Part shown: positions 45,802 through 56,091 of the stretch, piece after piece | Layout: each line of letters begins with the position of its first letter | How positions within the stretch are numbered: position 1 is the first letter of the stretch | From: Oscillospiraceae bacterium | GTDB taxonomy: Bacteria; Bacillota; Clostridia; Oscillospirales; Ruminococcaceae | NCBI GenBank assembly: GCA_045631325.1 | Contig: JAZQUO010000060.1 | Span: 10,274-74,273 of the forward strand | Direction of reading: 5' to 3' | Length of the DNA stretch: 64,000 nucleotides | The notes under the pieces: generated by a model | Told to the model about the DNA's origin: nothing | The model's input: only the letters and a program-made list of their open reading frames with translations | The model's database searches: none | Program-made: the position numbers and the translations under genes

Positions 45802-47128
45802 GATAAAAGTTTTTCCGAAACAGATGGAATTTATTGAATCCACCGGAAAGGCGGATGAAGTTCTTTACGGCGGAGCGGCCGGCGGAGGAAAAAGTTTCGG
45901 ACAGCTTTGCGACGCGCTTGTTTACGCGATGAAATATCCGAAAAGCAGACAGCTTATTCTCCGAAGGACTCTTCCGGAACTTGAAAAAAGTCTTATAAGG
46001 GTTTCGCTTGAACTTTTTCCGAAGGAAATTTACAGATATTCCGAATCGAAGCATACGGGAACTTTTGTGAACGATTCGGTTATTGACTTTGGATATTGCG
46101 ACAGCGAAATGGACGTTTACCGATATCAATCCGCGGAATATGACGTTATAAGATTTGATGAACTTACCCATTTTACAGAGCAGATGTATCTTTATCTGAT
46201 GTCGAGACTCAGGGGAACGAACGATTTTCCGAGAGCGATGAAAAGTTCCACAAACCCGGGCGGAATCGGCCACAGCTGGGTCAAGGGCAGATTTATTGAT
46301 ATTGGTGAACCGGGAAAGATTCACAATATAAAAGGCGGAAGAAGACTTTTTATTCCTGCGACGGTTTTTGAAAACAAGGCTTTGATAAAAAACGATCCTG
46401 ATTATGTAAAAAGGCTTCGGAATCTTTCCGAAAAAGACCGAAGGCAGCTTCTTGACGGGGATTGGGACACGAACGAAGGGCAATATTTTTCTGAATGGAG
46501 AAGGGAAATTCACGTTTGCAAACCTTTTGAGATTCCGAAGGATTGGCGAAGATTTTTCGTTATGGACTACGGACTTGATATGCTTGCCGGGTATTGGATT
46601 GCGGTGGATTCCTTCGGAAACGCTTTTGTTTACCGGGAGATTTACCGAAGCGGACTTATTATCAGCGAAGCGGCGAAAAAGATCCTTGAAACCCAGGGAA
46701 GCGACATTCCGGAAATTTATATTGCGCCGCCGGATATGTGGAACAGGAGACAGGATACGGGAAAAAGCGTTGCGGAAATTTTTCTTGATTACGGGATTTT
46801 GCTTTTCAAAGCGAGCAACGACAGAATTCAGGGTTGGTATTGTCTTAAAGAATGGCTGCATCCGAGACTTAACGAATTCGGAGAAAAGAAACCGAAACTC
46901 CGGATTTTTGCAAACTGTACCGAAGTTATAAGGACCCTTCCGGCGCTTTGTTTTGACAGCAGGAACCCGAATGACGTCGGAGATAAAGTTCACGAATACA
47001 CTCATGCGGCGGATGCTCTTAGGTATTGGGCGGCGGCAAGGCCTGTTGAAACCGGGAAGGTTTTTGAGGAAGAAAAGACGGATTACGACGCCGGGGTTGA
47101 AGATTTTATGGGATACGGGGTTAATTGA
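45791..47128 (+). CDS. phage terminase large subunit
   Basis: Walker A is LYGGAAGGGKSF. ATPase and nuclease halves have typical length (445 aa). DELTHF is the Walker B-like block. Confidence 0.85.
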   Translation: MRTEIKVFPKQMEFIESTGKADEVLYGGAAGGGKSFGQLCDALVYAMKYPKSRQLILRRTLPELEKSLIRVSLELFPKEIYRYSESKHTGTFVNDSVIDFGYCDSEMDVYRYQSAEYDVIRFDELTHFTEQMYLYLMSRLRGTNDFPRAMKSSTNPGGIGHSWVKGRFIDIGEPGKIHNIKGGRRLFIPATVFENKALIKNDPDYVKRLRNLSEKDRRQLLDGDWDTNEGQYFSEWRREIHVCKPFEIPKDWRRFFVMDYGLDMLAGYWIAVDSFGNAFVYREIYRSGLIISEAAKKILETQGSDIPEIYIAPPDMWNRRQDTGKSVAEIFLDYGILLFKASNDRIQGWYCLKEWLHPRLNEFGEKKPKLRIFANCTEVIRTLPALCFDSRNPNDVGDKVHEYTHAADALRYWAAARPVETGKVFEEEKTDYDAGVEDFMGYGVN

Positions 47129-47171
47129 ACCGATCCGCCGCCGGATGAGATAACAGAGAAAGGAAAAGAAA

Positions 47172-47789
47172 ATGGAAAAAGAAGAAAAAATTTTTGTTTC
47201 GGAACTTCTTGAAGAGGCTGAAAACCAGGAAAAAGAAAAGACCGAAAAGGAAGAAAAAAAGGACGAAGATTCGGAGATTTTTGAAAAGCTTGCGCAGATC
47301 CGCGGAATTTCGAAAGAAGAAATGAAAAACGAGATTCTCTGGGCGCTTGAAAAGGCGGAAACAGAAAAGGCTGTTCAGGAGATTCTTGAAGGGAACCCGG
47401 GAATGAACAGGGAAACAGCAAAGGAACTTGCGAAATTCAGAAAGGAAGCAAAAAAGCCAAAGGAAGAAAAGAAAGAGGACAAGAACAGGGAAAAACTTTC
47501 GGAACTTGATGAATTTATTCTTAAACATTCGGAAGAGGCGCTTCTGACCCTTGCGAACAGCGTTATTGAGGAATGGGAAGGCGGAATTCCGCTTGAAACC
47601 GCTTTTGAAAAATACAGAGCGATTGAAGAAAAGAAAAAGCTTTTTGAGGAAGTTGAAAAACTCCGAAGCGAAAAAACAAAAGAAGAACAGAAAAAACACG
47701 CAAAGGAATTCGGTCCGGGAAGCGCGGTTTCTGCCGCAGGAATTTTCGGAATCGACGAATTTGCCGAAGGACTTTTTAAAGAATATTGA
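47172..47789 (+). CDS. E/K-rich helical protein, candidate scaffolding protein
   Basis: It sits between terminase and capsid genes. The composition is highly charged and coiled-coil-like. Confidence 0.45.
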   Translation: MEKEEKIFVSELLEEAENQEKEKTEKEEKKDEDSEIFEKLAQIRGISKEEMKNEILWALEKAETEKAVQEILEGNPGMNRETAKELAKFRKEAKKPKEEKKEDKNREKLSELDEFILKHSEEALLTLANSVIEEWEGGIPLETAFEKYRAIEEKKKLFEEVEKLRSEKTKEEQKKHAKEFGPGSAVSAAGIFGIDEFAEGLFKEY

Positions 47790-47829
47790 TTTTTAAAACA
47801 GTTAATTTTGAAAGGAGAAATTATTAATT

Positions 47830-48909
47830 ATGTCAGTTAATCTTGCAAGCAAATATGCGAACGAACTTGCGCAGGCATTTACCCAGAAATCTTTTGTTGA
47901 CGGAATTGCCTGCAAGGACTATGAATTCACCGGGGTAAAAAATCTTAAGGTTTACACCGCGGTTTCCCAGGAACTTAACGACTATAAACGAAGCGGTACC
48001 AACCGTTACGGCGAACCGAAAGAGGCACAGGACACCGTTCAGGATATGATCGTTGAAAGAGACAGATCTTTTTCCATCACTGTGGATAAAGGCAACAATG
48101 CCGAACAGATGGGCGCAAAGGAAGCTTCCAAAATCCTCAACATTGAAATGAGCGAACAGGCTATTCCCGAAATGGACAAATATGCGCTTCGCAAATTCAT
48201 CGATTATGCGGGTACGGTTGAACCCATTGCGGAAGAACCCACCGAAGAAACCATTGTCAAAATGATTTCCGACGGCATGGTTAAAATGGGCAACAAGAAA
48301 GTTCCTGCCGAAGGAAGATATATTTTCATCGGTTGGAGCTGGTTCGGAATGCTTCGACTTTCCAAGCAGTTCATCGGAGTTGAGGCTCTTGCCAAAGAAG
48401 CTCTTGTTAAAGGTGCGGTCGGTACTTTTATGGGCGCACAGGTTGTCACTGTTCCGGACGATTACCTTATGAAAGGAGAAAACAGAGCTTATTTCCTTAT
48501 TGTTTATAAAAACTCCGTTCTCCAGCCGAAAAAGGTTCAGGATTATTTCATCAAGGAAAATCCTGCGGGCATCAACGGCGCGCTTATTGAAGGCAGATTT
48601 ATCTATGACGCATTTGTAATCGGCGCAAAATGCGACGGTGTTTATGCGGCGGTTGAGGGCGACAAAGTTCAGGCTGTTCCCGAATTTGCGCTTTCCGGAA
48701 AAAATCTTGTTGTAACTTCTGCGGGTGCAAAGAAAATTCGTGTTACCACCGACGGCACCGACCCCAGATTCAGCGATACCGCTTTTGAAACCACCAGCGG
48801 CGGCAGCGTTGCTCTTTCCGAAGGCAGTTATACCGCAAAGGCTGTTGCTTTCAGCGACGAACTTTTTACTTCCGCAGTTGCGGTTGACGAAAAAAGAACC
48901 GTTGCTTAA
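47830..48909 (+). CDS. major capsid protein with C-terminal Ig-like (chitobiase/hexosaminidase C-terminal-type) decoration domain
   Basis: The N-terminal region SKYANELAQAFTQKSFV..DYEFTGVKNLKVYT..LNDYKR..NRYG..DRSFSITVD resembles N4-gp56-type capsid proteins. The C-terminal IRVTTDGTDPRFSDTAFETTSGGSVALSEGSYTAKAVAF is a CHB_HEX_C-like module. Confidence 0.6.
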   Translation: MSVNLASKYANELAQAFTQKSFVDGIACKDYEFTGVKNLKVYTAVSQELNDYKRSGTNRYGEPKEAQDTVQDMIVERDRSFSITVDKGNNAEQMGAKEASKILNIEMSEQAIPEMDKYALRKFIDYAGTVEPIAEEPTEETIVKMISDGMVKMGNKKVPAEGRYIFIGWSWFGMLRLSKQFIGVEALAKEALVKGAVGTFMGAQVVTVPDDYLMKGENRAYFLIVYKNSVLQPKKVQDYFIKENPAGINGALIEGRFIYDAFVIGAKCDGVYAAVEGDKVQAVPEFALSGKNLVVTSAGAKKIRVTTDGTDPRFSDTAFETTSGGSVALSEGSYTAKAVAFSDELFTSAVAVDEKRTVA

Positions 48910-48996
48910 TTTTAATAATTTGCCGGGGACAAAAAATTCTTGTCCCCGGTTTTAAAAAAGCAGACAAAGATTATTTTTTTCGGAAGGAGAAAGTTT

Positions 48997-49473
48997 ATGG
49001 AAAACAGCAGAAATATTTTTGAACCGGGTTTTTTGAAAAATCCGGAAGAAAAGAAAAAAGAAGAACAGCCGAAGGCAGAAGAAAAAGCAGAAACCACCAT
49101 TGCGGAACTTCGGAACAGATATGCGGAAAAAGTCCGCGAGCAATATGAAAGCGAAGCAAAGAAACTTCGTGAAGAAAGGGATTCTGCTCTTCGGGAAAAC
49201 TGGATTCTTCAGCAGCAGGCGGAAGCAAACCTTCCGGAAAGACTTGCGGCCGGAGGAATCAACGGCGGCGCGACCGAAACTGAAATTTCGAAAATTAGAG
49301 CGGAATATCAGGGAAACAGAAACGATATCCGCGAAGATTATTCGGAAGAATTAAACAAAATCGGCGAGGAAAGCAGAAAAGAACTTTTTGAAAATGAAAA
49401 GGATTTCAACAAGGAATGGCTTGAGTATCTTCTTGGAATTGCGAAGGCGGAAGAAACGGGAAAATTTAAATAA
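48997..49473 (+). CDS. phage hypothetical protein (charged, helical)
   Basis: GGAAGGAG RBS precedes the ATG at 48997. It lies in the structural block. Confidence 0.45.
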   Translation: MENSRNIFEPGFLKNPEEKKKEEQPKAEEKAETTIAELRNRYAEKVREQYESEAKKLREERDSALRENWILQQQAEANLPERLAAGGINGGATETEISKIRAEYQGNRNDIREDYSEELNKIGEESRKELFENEKDFNKEWLEYLLGIAKAEETGKFK

Positions 49474-49485
49474 AGGGGTGGTTTT

Positions 49486-51522
49486 ATGCCAAAGATTCTG
49501 AATTTCAGGGCAGGAGCGGAACCGGCGAAAAAGGTTCTTGAAATCACATCCTTTGCAGGGATAGATCTTTCGTCATCGCCTGCGGACGTTGACAGAAGGA
49601 GAAGCCCGGACGCGCCGAACATGATGCCGGATTCGCTTGGAAACCCGGTTAAAAGACCGGGTTTTGAACTTTTCGGAAAGTTTCTGGGAAGATTGAACGG
49701 AAGTTTTCAGTTCGGAGAACAGAGGATCATCCACGCAGGAAAGGCGCTTTTTAACGAAGAAAGGCAGATCTGGGACGGAATGGCGGACGAAATATCCTGC
49801 GGGATCGTAACAGGAAACAGGCTTTTTATCTTTGACGGGCAGGAAGCGCTTTGTTTTGACGGTGAGCACGTTGTTCCCCTTTGCGATATCGCGTATGTTC
49901 CGACGGTGCTCATTTCCAAAAACGCGGACGAAGCGGAAAAGGAAACGGTGCTTAAAGGAGACGGAACGAGCACGGAATTTGTTCTTCCGGAAGAACCAAA
50001 GGAGATTCTTTCCGTTACAAAAGGCGAAACCGACATCGATTATACATATTCCGACGGGAAAATCGTTTTTAAAACCGCACCGGAAGAGGGAGCGGAAATC
50101 AAAGTCAGAATGATTGTTGCAAAGGAACCGGGCGGAAGCGCAAAAGAGGAATTCAACCTCATTTCTTCCAGATGGAAAGAGAGCTTTCTTTGCGATACCG
50201 GAACGGAAAAGAAATTCAGCCTTTCGAAAGGAAAGCTTTTCGGAAACGTGAGAGCCTGGATCATGGACGAAAAAGGCGAAATGCAGGAAAAGACAGAAGG
50301 AACGGATTTTTCCGTTGACAGAGAAGCGGGAAAAATCGAATTCTTTGAGGCTGTTCCAAAAACTCCAGTCACCGGGCAGGATAACCTTGTTATTGAGGCG
50401 GGAGCTTTTTTTGAAGGTTACAGAGAAAGAATAAACAATTGCCGAAGGGGAATTGCATTCGATTCCGGCGGCACAAGCACAAGAATCTTCCTTTGCGGAA
50501 ACAAGGACGAACCTAACAGGGACCATTGGTGTGCGGCAGGAGACCCGACATACTGGCCGGACACATATTATTCCGAAATCGGAAGCGCGAAATCCGAAAT
50601 AGTCGGTTATTCCGTTATAGAAGGATATCTTGCGGCGCATATTTCACCGGCTTTTGACGGAAGGAGCATTGTTCTTCGTACGGCGAACGTTGACGAAGAA
50701 GGAAACGTCAGCTTTCCTATTATAAAGCATCTTCAGGGCGAAGAGGCGGTTGCTCCTTATTCTTTTGTATATATGGAGAAAGAACCACTTTTTCTTACGA
50801 AAAGAGGGGTTTACGCCATTACTGCGGAGGACGTTTCCGGCGAGAAATACACCCAGAACAGAAGCTTTTATATCAATAAGGTTCTTTGCAATGAGGATAT
50901 TGAAAATGCTTTCTGCGGGAAATGGCGGCAGTTTTACGTTGTTCTGACCAAAGGTAAAATGTTCCTTCTTGACACAAGCCAGAAGAGTTACCAGAGGGGC
51001 GAACCTCTTTCGACTTTCCAGTATGAATGTTACCTTTGGAAGGATTTTGAGGCGAGGATTTTTTGGGAACAAGGCGGAAAACTCTTTTTCGGGGACGAAG
51101 AGGGAAACATCTTCCGGTTCACCGAAGGAAGATATTCCGACAACGGAAAAGCGATCAATGCTTACTGGACGGTTCCGGATTTTTCCGGAGAAAGTTTTTG
51201 GAGGAACAAAACGATTCGCACCGTTGCGATCCAGGCGGCGGCAGTTCCGCAGAACGAAGTCCGGCTTGAAGTCCGGGAAAACGGATTCTGGAAGGTGCTC
51301 AAAGAATGGAAAGGCAAGATTTCCTATTTCGCATGGGACAGATTCAGCTGGGACGATTTTTCATGGAGCGGAAACAGCGATTACAGGACCATTACTCTTA
51401 AAACAAAGATAAAGAAATTCGATAAAGCGGGATTCAGAATTGTCGGCGACAGCAGAGACAGAGGGTTCGGGCTTTACGGATTTGCGATTGAGTTTGAAGA
51501 GAACGACAGATTCAGGAAATGA
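49486..51522 (+). CDS. large phage structural protein (678 aa), function unknown
   Basis: It is tightly packed in the structural block with an RBS of GGGGTGG. No family was recognised by eye. Confidence 0.5.
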   Translation: MPKILNFRAGAEPAKKVLEITSFAGIDLSSSPADVDRRRSPDAPNMMPDSLGNPVKRPGFELFGKFLGRLNGSFQFGEQRIIHAGKALFNEERQIWDGMADEISCGIVTGNRLFIFDGQEALCFDGEHVVPLCDIAYVPTVLISKNADEAEKETVLKGDGTSTEFVLPEEPKEILSVTKGETDIDYTYSDGKIVFKTAPEEGAEIKVRMIVAKEPGGSAKEEFNLISSRWKESFLCDTGTEKKFSLSKGKLFGNVRAWIMDEKGEMQEKTEGTDFSVDREAGKIEFFEAVPKTPVTGQDNLVIEAGAFFEGYRERINNCRRGIAFDSGGTSTRIFLCGNKDEPNRDHWCAAGDPTYWPDTYYSEIGSAKSEIVGYSVIEGYLAAHISPAFDGRSIVLRTANVDEEGNVSFPIIKHLQGEEAVAPYSFVYMEKEPLFLTKRGVYAITAEDVSGEKYTQNRSFYINKVLCNEDIENAFCGKWRQFYVVLTKGKMFLLDTSQKSYQRGEPLSTFQYECYLWKDFEARIFWEQGGKLFFGDEEGNIFRFTEGRYSDNGKAINAYWTVPDFSGESFWRNKTIRTVAIQAAAVPQNEVRLEVRENGFWKVLKEWKGKISYFAWDRFSWDDFSWSGNSDYRTITLKTKIKKFDKAGFRIVGDSRDRGFGLYGFAIEFEENDRFRK

Positions 51523-51761
51523 GGTTGGTTTTATTGGATTTTTTGATTGAGGCGGTTTTGTTTTTTGTTCTTGGTTTTCTTTTTGGAAAGGAACGGAAAA
51601 AAGAAATTGTTCCGAAGACGGAGGAAGAGGAAATCCCTTTGTTTTCAGATTCTTTTTCAGTAACAAGAACAAAGAACCCGACCGCATTGGAACAATGGAT
51701 TAATATTATGAATTATTGCGGCGAAAGCCAGACGGAGGGAGATTATGAAGAAACCGAATAA
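51519..51761 (+). CDS. small phage membrane protein
   Basis: ATGA overlap with the upstream stop. N-terminal TM is LVLLDFLIEAVLFFVLGFLFG. Confidence 0.4.
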   Translation: MRLVLLDFLIEAVLFFVLGFLFGKERKKEIVPKTEEEEIPLFSDSFSVTRTKNPTALEQWINIMNYCGESQTEGDYEETE

Positions 51762-53301
51762 GATTACGCCGGAGAAAATCTGGGAGGAATATCTTCGGGG
51801 CGAGGATTTTAACAGGCAGACGCAGCTTCACGAAACAGTTGAACGAAACGAGGATTTTTATGAGGGAAATCAATGGAAGGGGCTTAACGCGCCGGACCTT
51901 GAAAAACCGGTTATCAATATTTTTAAGAGGGCAGTAACATATCTCGGAAGCCAGATTGTCAGCGACGATATCGGAATAAGCCTTGAACCTTTCGGAGAAA
52001 ACGGCGAAAATTCCCGAATCTGTAAAATCCTTGGAAGGGAAATTGAAAGAATCGTTGAAATCACAAAGGCAAAGACAAAAAACAGGGAACTTATCAAGGA
52101 TGCGGCAATTACCGGCGACGGAATTTTTTATGCGTGGTTCGATCCCGAAAAAGGAAAAAACGGCGAAATTGAACTTGAGAATCTTGAAAATGAAAAAGTT
52201 ATTTTTCGAAATCCTTTTGAACAGGACGTTCAGAGGCAGAGAAGCATTATTGTTGTAAAAAGAATGCTTCTTGAGGACGCAAGGGAGCTTGGAAAGGCAA
52301 ACGGACTTTCTGAAGACGAAATCCGCAGCATCAGGCCGGATTTTTACGGAAATTATTCCGCGGAAAAAGAAGAAAGCGGACAGAGTCTTGTTACCGTTTT
52401 ACTGCGTTTCTGGAAGGAGGACGGGACTGTATGGTTTTCCGAAAGCACAAAGGATATTTTTATCCGGAAGCCGGTTAAAACCGGGGCGAAACTTTATCAT
52501 ATTGCATGGATGCCCTGGGAAAAAAGGCGCGGAAATTACCACGGAAGCGCGGTTATGACTCCCTATATCCAGAACCAGATTTACGTCAACAAGATGTGGG
52601 CGCTTGCGATGGTTTACAGTTCAAAAATGGCATGGCCGCAAAGATTTTATGATGCGACCAAAATCCGCGGAAATCTTTCCAACAAGGTCGGACAGGCAAT
52701 CGGTGTTGCGGGCGACCCGAAAAGCGCGGTTTATTTTGATGCGCCCGCGGGAAATATGAGCGCGCAGGTTCTTGAACTTGTTGAAAGGACTATCCGATAT
52801 ACAAAGGAAAGCCTTGGCGTAAGCGATGCGGCTCTTGGCAACATTAAACCGGAAAACACTTCCGCAATTATTGCGGCTTCGGAACAAAGCGCGGCGCCTC
52901 TTATTTTCCAGAAACTTGCTAATCACCAGCTTTGGGAAGACCTTATACATATTTTTCTTGATATTATCGGGGAGATGTACGGAAAAAGAGAGATTTTTTG
53001 CGAGAAAATTCTTTCCGGCGGAGAAAAGGTTTTTGAAAAAACGGAATTTGATTTTTCAAAAATCGATTACGATTCTTTTGATATAAAAATCAACATCGGA
53101 AGCGCATCTTACTGGAGCCAGCTTATGCAGGTTCAGACGATGGATTCTTTCTTTAAAAACGGAATTATCGAAGACGCGATCGTTTACCTTGAACATATTC
53201 CGGAAGGTTATGTTTCCGGAAAGAACGAACTTATTAATGATTTGAGAGAAAGAAAAAAGAACCTTTTTGCGGAAAAGAAAGGAGAACTGAATGGAACTTA
53301 A
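51745..53301 (+). CDS. phage portal-like protein
   Basis: The N-terminal NEDFYEGNQWKG block is typical of portal proteins (NxxFYxGxQW). The size is 518 aa. Confidence 0.55.
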   Translation: MKKPNKITPEKIWEEYLRGEDFNRQTQLHETVERNEDFYEGNQWKGLNAPDLEKPVINIFKRAVTYLGSQIVSDDIGISLEPFGENGENSRICKILGREIERIVEITKAKTKNRELIKDAAITGDGIFYAWFDPEKGKNGEIELENLENEKVIFRNPFEQDVQRQRSIIVVKRMLLEDARELGKANGLSEDEIRSIRPDFYGNYSAEKEESGQSLVTVLLRFWKEDGTVWFSESTKDIFIRKPVKTGAKLYHIAWMPWEKRRGNYHGSAVMTPYIQNQIYVNKMWALAMVYSSKMAWPQRFYDATKIRGNLSNKVGQAIGVAGDPKSAVYFDAPAGNMSAQVLELVERTIRYTKESLGVSDAALGNIKPENTSAIIAASEQSAAPLIFQKLANHQLWEDLIHIFLDIIGEMYGKREIFCEKILSGGEKVFEKTEFDFSKIDYDSFDIKINIGSASYWSQLMQVQTMDSFFKNGIIEDAIVYLEHIPEGYVSGKNELINDLRERKKNLFAEKKGELNGT

Positions 53302-54058
53302 TAAAATCACACAGGAAGAAGTTGAAGAAAAAAGCGTAGTCGGAATGGCGGAAGTTCCGGGACTTCCTGCAGAAGAGATGCAGTACAGAATCGAACAGCT
53401 TGTTCGCGAGATTGCTATTCCGAAGATAAACGAAGTTATTGAATATATTGCCGGAAAAGTTGCGACGCAGGAGGATCTTGAAAAACTTCTTATTGATTCC
53501 GGTTCCGTTACTTCCGTTTTCGGAAGGGCGGGAGCAGTTGTTGCAAAAAGCGGAGATTATACCCCGGAAATGGTCGGCGCGGCGGCAAAAAGCCACGCAA
53601 AGGAACATTCTTCTGAGGGCAAAGATCCGATTAAAGCAAAAGACATCGGAGCGGCGGAAAAGGAACACGTTCACGGAAATATTACCGCGGACGGAAAAAT
53701 CGGAAACGCAAACGGGATGGTCCTTATGACCGGGATCGGCGGAAAAATTGAAGCAAAAGCAAAGGCGGATTCCGGATTTGTTCTTCCGGCGGAGGTTGTT
53801 CCGGTTACCGGGGAATTTACCGCACAGAACAACAAAATTTATTTCGGAAACGATATTTCCGATTTTATCTTTAATTGCGACAGCGCAAAGGCCGCGGATT
53901 GCAGAGGATTTGTCACTTTCGGGACACCCGGAAGAATTGAACTTAAAGGATTCGATTTTGTTGACGATTCCGACGGAATTGCAGAAGCGGCGGCAGGAAG
54001 CAGATGGGAATTCGACCTTTCCTACGGCTGTCTTATTATTCGGAAAAGGAGTGAATAA
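53291..54058 (+). CDS. phage fibre or appendage-like structural protein
   Basis: SHAKEHSSEGKDPIKAKDIGAAEKEHVHGNITADGKIG resembles the His-containing repeats of phage tail fibre proteins. AAAGGAG RBS. Confidence 0.4.
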   Translation: MELNKITQEEVEEKSVVGMAEVPGLPAEEMQYRIEQLVREIAIPKINEVIEYIAGKVATQEDLEKLLIDSGSVTSVFGRAGAVVAKSGDYTPEMVGAAAKSHAKEHSSEGKDPIKAKDIGAAEKEHVHGNITADGKIGNANGMVLMTGIGGKIEAKAKADSGFVLPAEVVPVTGEFTAQNNKIYFGNDISDFIFNCDSAKAADCRGFVTFGTPGRIELKGFDFVDDSDGIAEAAAGSRWEFDLSYGCLIIRKRSE

Positions 54059-54061
54059 AGA

Positions 54062-55231
54062 ATGGAGCTTTTGAGATTTACAGTAAGGAATCAGAGACTT
54101 TCCGGCGGGCGAATCCGTCTTGTTTCCGATTCCATAGATTACGTTGAAGCTTTCTTTGATTTCCGCACCGAAGATTGGAAAGGACTTTCAAAATGGGCGC
54201 ATTTCAGCAAAGGGGAAGTTACTTATGACATAAACCTTGCTGAAGACAGAATCACAAAGGATATGTACCTTAACCTCGAAGAGGGCACTTGGGAAGTCAA
54301 ACTCCACGGAACAGATTCCGCAGGAACCATGAGGATCACCACCGACACGGCCTTTGTTATTGTTGAGGCTTTTGGGGAAGGATTTAATCCTCTTCCGGAG
54401 ATTCCGCTTTCCGCAGCGGAACAGATCGACGCAAAAGCACAGCTTGCTCTTGAAACGGCGCAGGGAGCTGTCGGAACGTCTTCCGAAGCGGTTGAGATTG
54501 CAATGGAAATCAAACGCAGAGCGGACGAGGGAGAATTTGACGGAAAAGACGGAGAAACCGGAAAGACCCCGGAAATTCAGATCGGAAACATTGAAACTCT
54601 TCCCCCGGAAGCGGAAGCAACGGTTTCCATCGGAGGAACGGCAGAGAAACCTATTCTTAACTTCGGAATTCCGAAAGGAAACACCGGCGAAGACGGAATC
54701 GGAATCGAAGACGTTGAAACGCAGATGAGCGCCGAGGACGGAGGTTTTAACGTTCTTACAATCAGGCTTACTGACGGAAGAACTTTTTCCTGGGCGATTA
54801 TGAACGGACACAAAGGCGAAACCGGAAAAGCGGGAAGTCCCGGTTTAGTCTGGGCAGGAGAATGGACCCCGGAAGGAGATTACAGAGCGATCCGCGACGG
54901 ACAGGTTTCGAGAGACGTTGTTATGTATAACGGTTCCGCATACGTTGTTGCGGTAAATAACCCTGCGCCGGTTATGGGAATTATCCCCGAAGGGGACACC
55001 ACCGGAAGATGGGCGCTTCTTGCGGCAAAAGGCGAAAAGGGCGAACCCGGAGAAAAGGGCGAAGAAAAAAGAACGGTTGCAGTTGACCTTTCCGGTTTTG
55101 AGACCGAAGGAAAGATTGTTGAAACCTATTCGGACGGGACTTCGGTTGAATACAGTTTTGAATTCGATTCCGAAGGAAATCCGACAAAAATTACGGACAG
55201 CGACGGAAACGAAACTGTTCTTACCTGGTAA
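54062..55231 (+). CDS. phage fibre protein with short collagen-like Gly-X-Y tracts
   Basis: Gly-X-Y tracts are GKDGETGKTP, GNTGEDGIG, GHKGETGKAGSPG and GEKGEPGEKGEE. Confidence 0.55.
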   Translation: MELLRFTVRNQRLSGGRIRLVSDSIDYVEAFFDFRTEDWKGLSKWAHFSKGEVTYDINLAEDRITKDMYLNLEEGTWEVKLHGTDSAGTMRITTDTAFVIVEAFGEGFNPLPEIPLSAAEQIDAKAQLALETAQGAVGTSSEAVEIAMEIKRRADEGEFDGKDGETGKTPEIQIGNIETLPPEAEATVSIGGTAEKPILNFGIPKGNTGEDGIGIEDVETQMSAEDGGFNVLTIRLTDGRTFSWAIMNGHKGETGKAGSPGLVWAGEWTPEGDYRAIRDGQVSRDVVMYNGSAYVVAVNNPAPVMGIIPEGDTTGRWALLAAKGEKGEPGEKGEEKRTVAVDLSGFETEGKIVETYSDGTSVEYSFEFDSEGNPTKITDSDGNETVLTW

Positions 55232-55243
55232 AGGGGTGATTTG

Positions 55244-56074
55244 ATGGGATTTGATATTTTATCTTTTGCACTTGGAAAAGCAGCGGGTAAAAACGCAGGA
55301 GGTTCTTCCGAAACTGTTATTTTTGCGGAGCAGACTTTAGGTTTTGAATACAGCGAAGGCTTTGGAGCTTACTACGCAGGATTTAACACTTCGCCTTTTT
55401 CACTTGTTGACGGACAGGAATATATCGTAGTCTGGGACGGAATTGAAAACAAAAGAACAGCTTTTGCTTTCACAAACCCAAGAGACGGTACTTCCTGCGT
55501 TGCTTTGGGAAATCCGCTTGTAACAGGCGGAGCGGCGAACGAAGATAAATTTGCGGTTGTTGAGGATAAAACAAATGACAATGCTTATTTCTTTTCCCTT
55601 GAAACAAGCGCAGAACATACCGTTAAAATTTATCAGAAAACAAATGGTGGCGGTGGAGATAGCGGGGATACTTCAAAAGAATATTCAATTCAAGAAGGCA
55701 GTTTTGAAGCAACCTCAAAGCAAATGACAGTCAGCCACGGCGGAAACAAAATTCCGGATATCATTATTGTTTCGACAACTAATGTACCTACGGCAAATAT
55801 TTTGTACCTTGCGTATGGTTTCAGTCAGGCTATGCTTGATAAACTTGGTGGGGGTTATTTAAGCAAAGTCAGAGGTCTTGCACCCACAGGCGGTGCTATG
55901 GTTATGAGCACAAATGTCGGAATAGATAAAGTTTCTTCTACGGATATGTATTCTACATATGGCGGAATAAGAAATGTAACAGACAAAACTTTTACCGTTG
56001 GAGGTGCATCTGCAATGGGATACCTTAATGTTGGCAAAGGTTACAGCTATACGGCAATTTTCGGTCTGACTTAA
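55244..56074 (+). CDS. phage structural or receptor-binding candidate, unknown family
   Basis: It follows the fibre gene. Its codon usage (CAA, ACA, TCA present) differs from neighbouring genes. Confidence 0.4.
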   Translation: MGFDILSFALGKAAGKNAGGSSETVIFAEQTLGFEYSEGFGAYYAGFNTSPFSLVDGQEYIVVWDGIENKRTAFAFTNPRDGTSCVALGNPLVTGGAANEDKFAVVEDKTNDNAYFFSLETSAEHTVKIYQKTNGGGGDSGDTSKEYSIQEGSFEATSKQMTVSHGGNKIPDIIIVSTTNVPTANILYLAYGFSQAMLDKLGGGYLSKVRGLAPTGGAMVMSTNVGIDKVSSTDMYSTYGGIRNVTDKTFTVGGASAMGYLNVGKGYSYTAIFGLT

Positions 56075-56091
56075 CGGAAAGGAGCGATATT

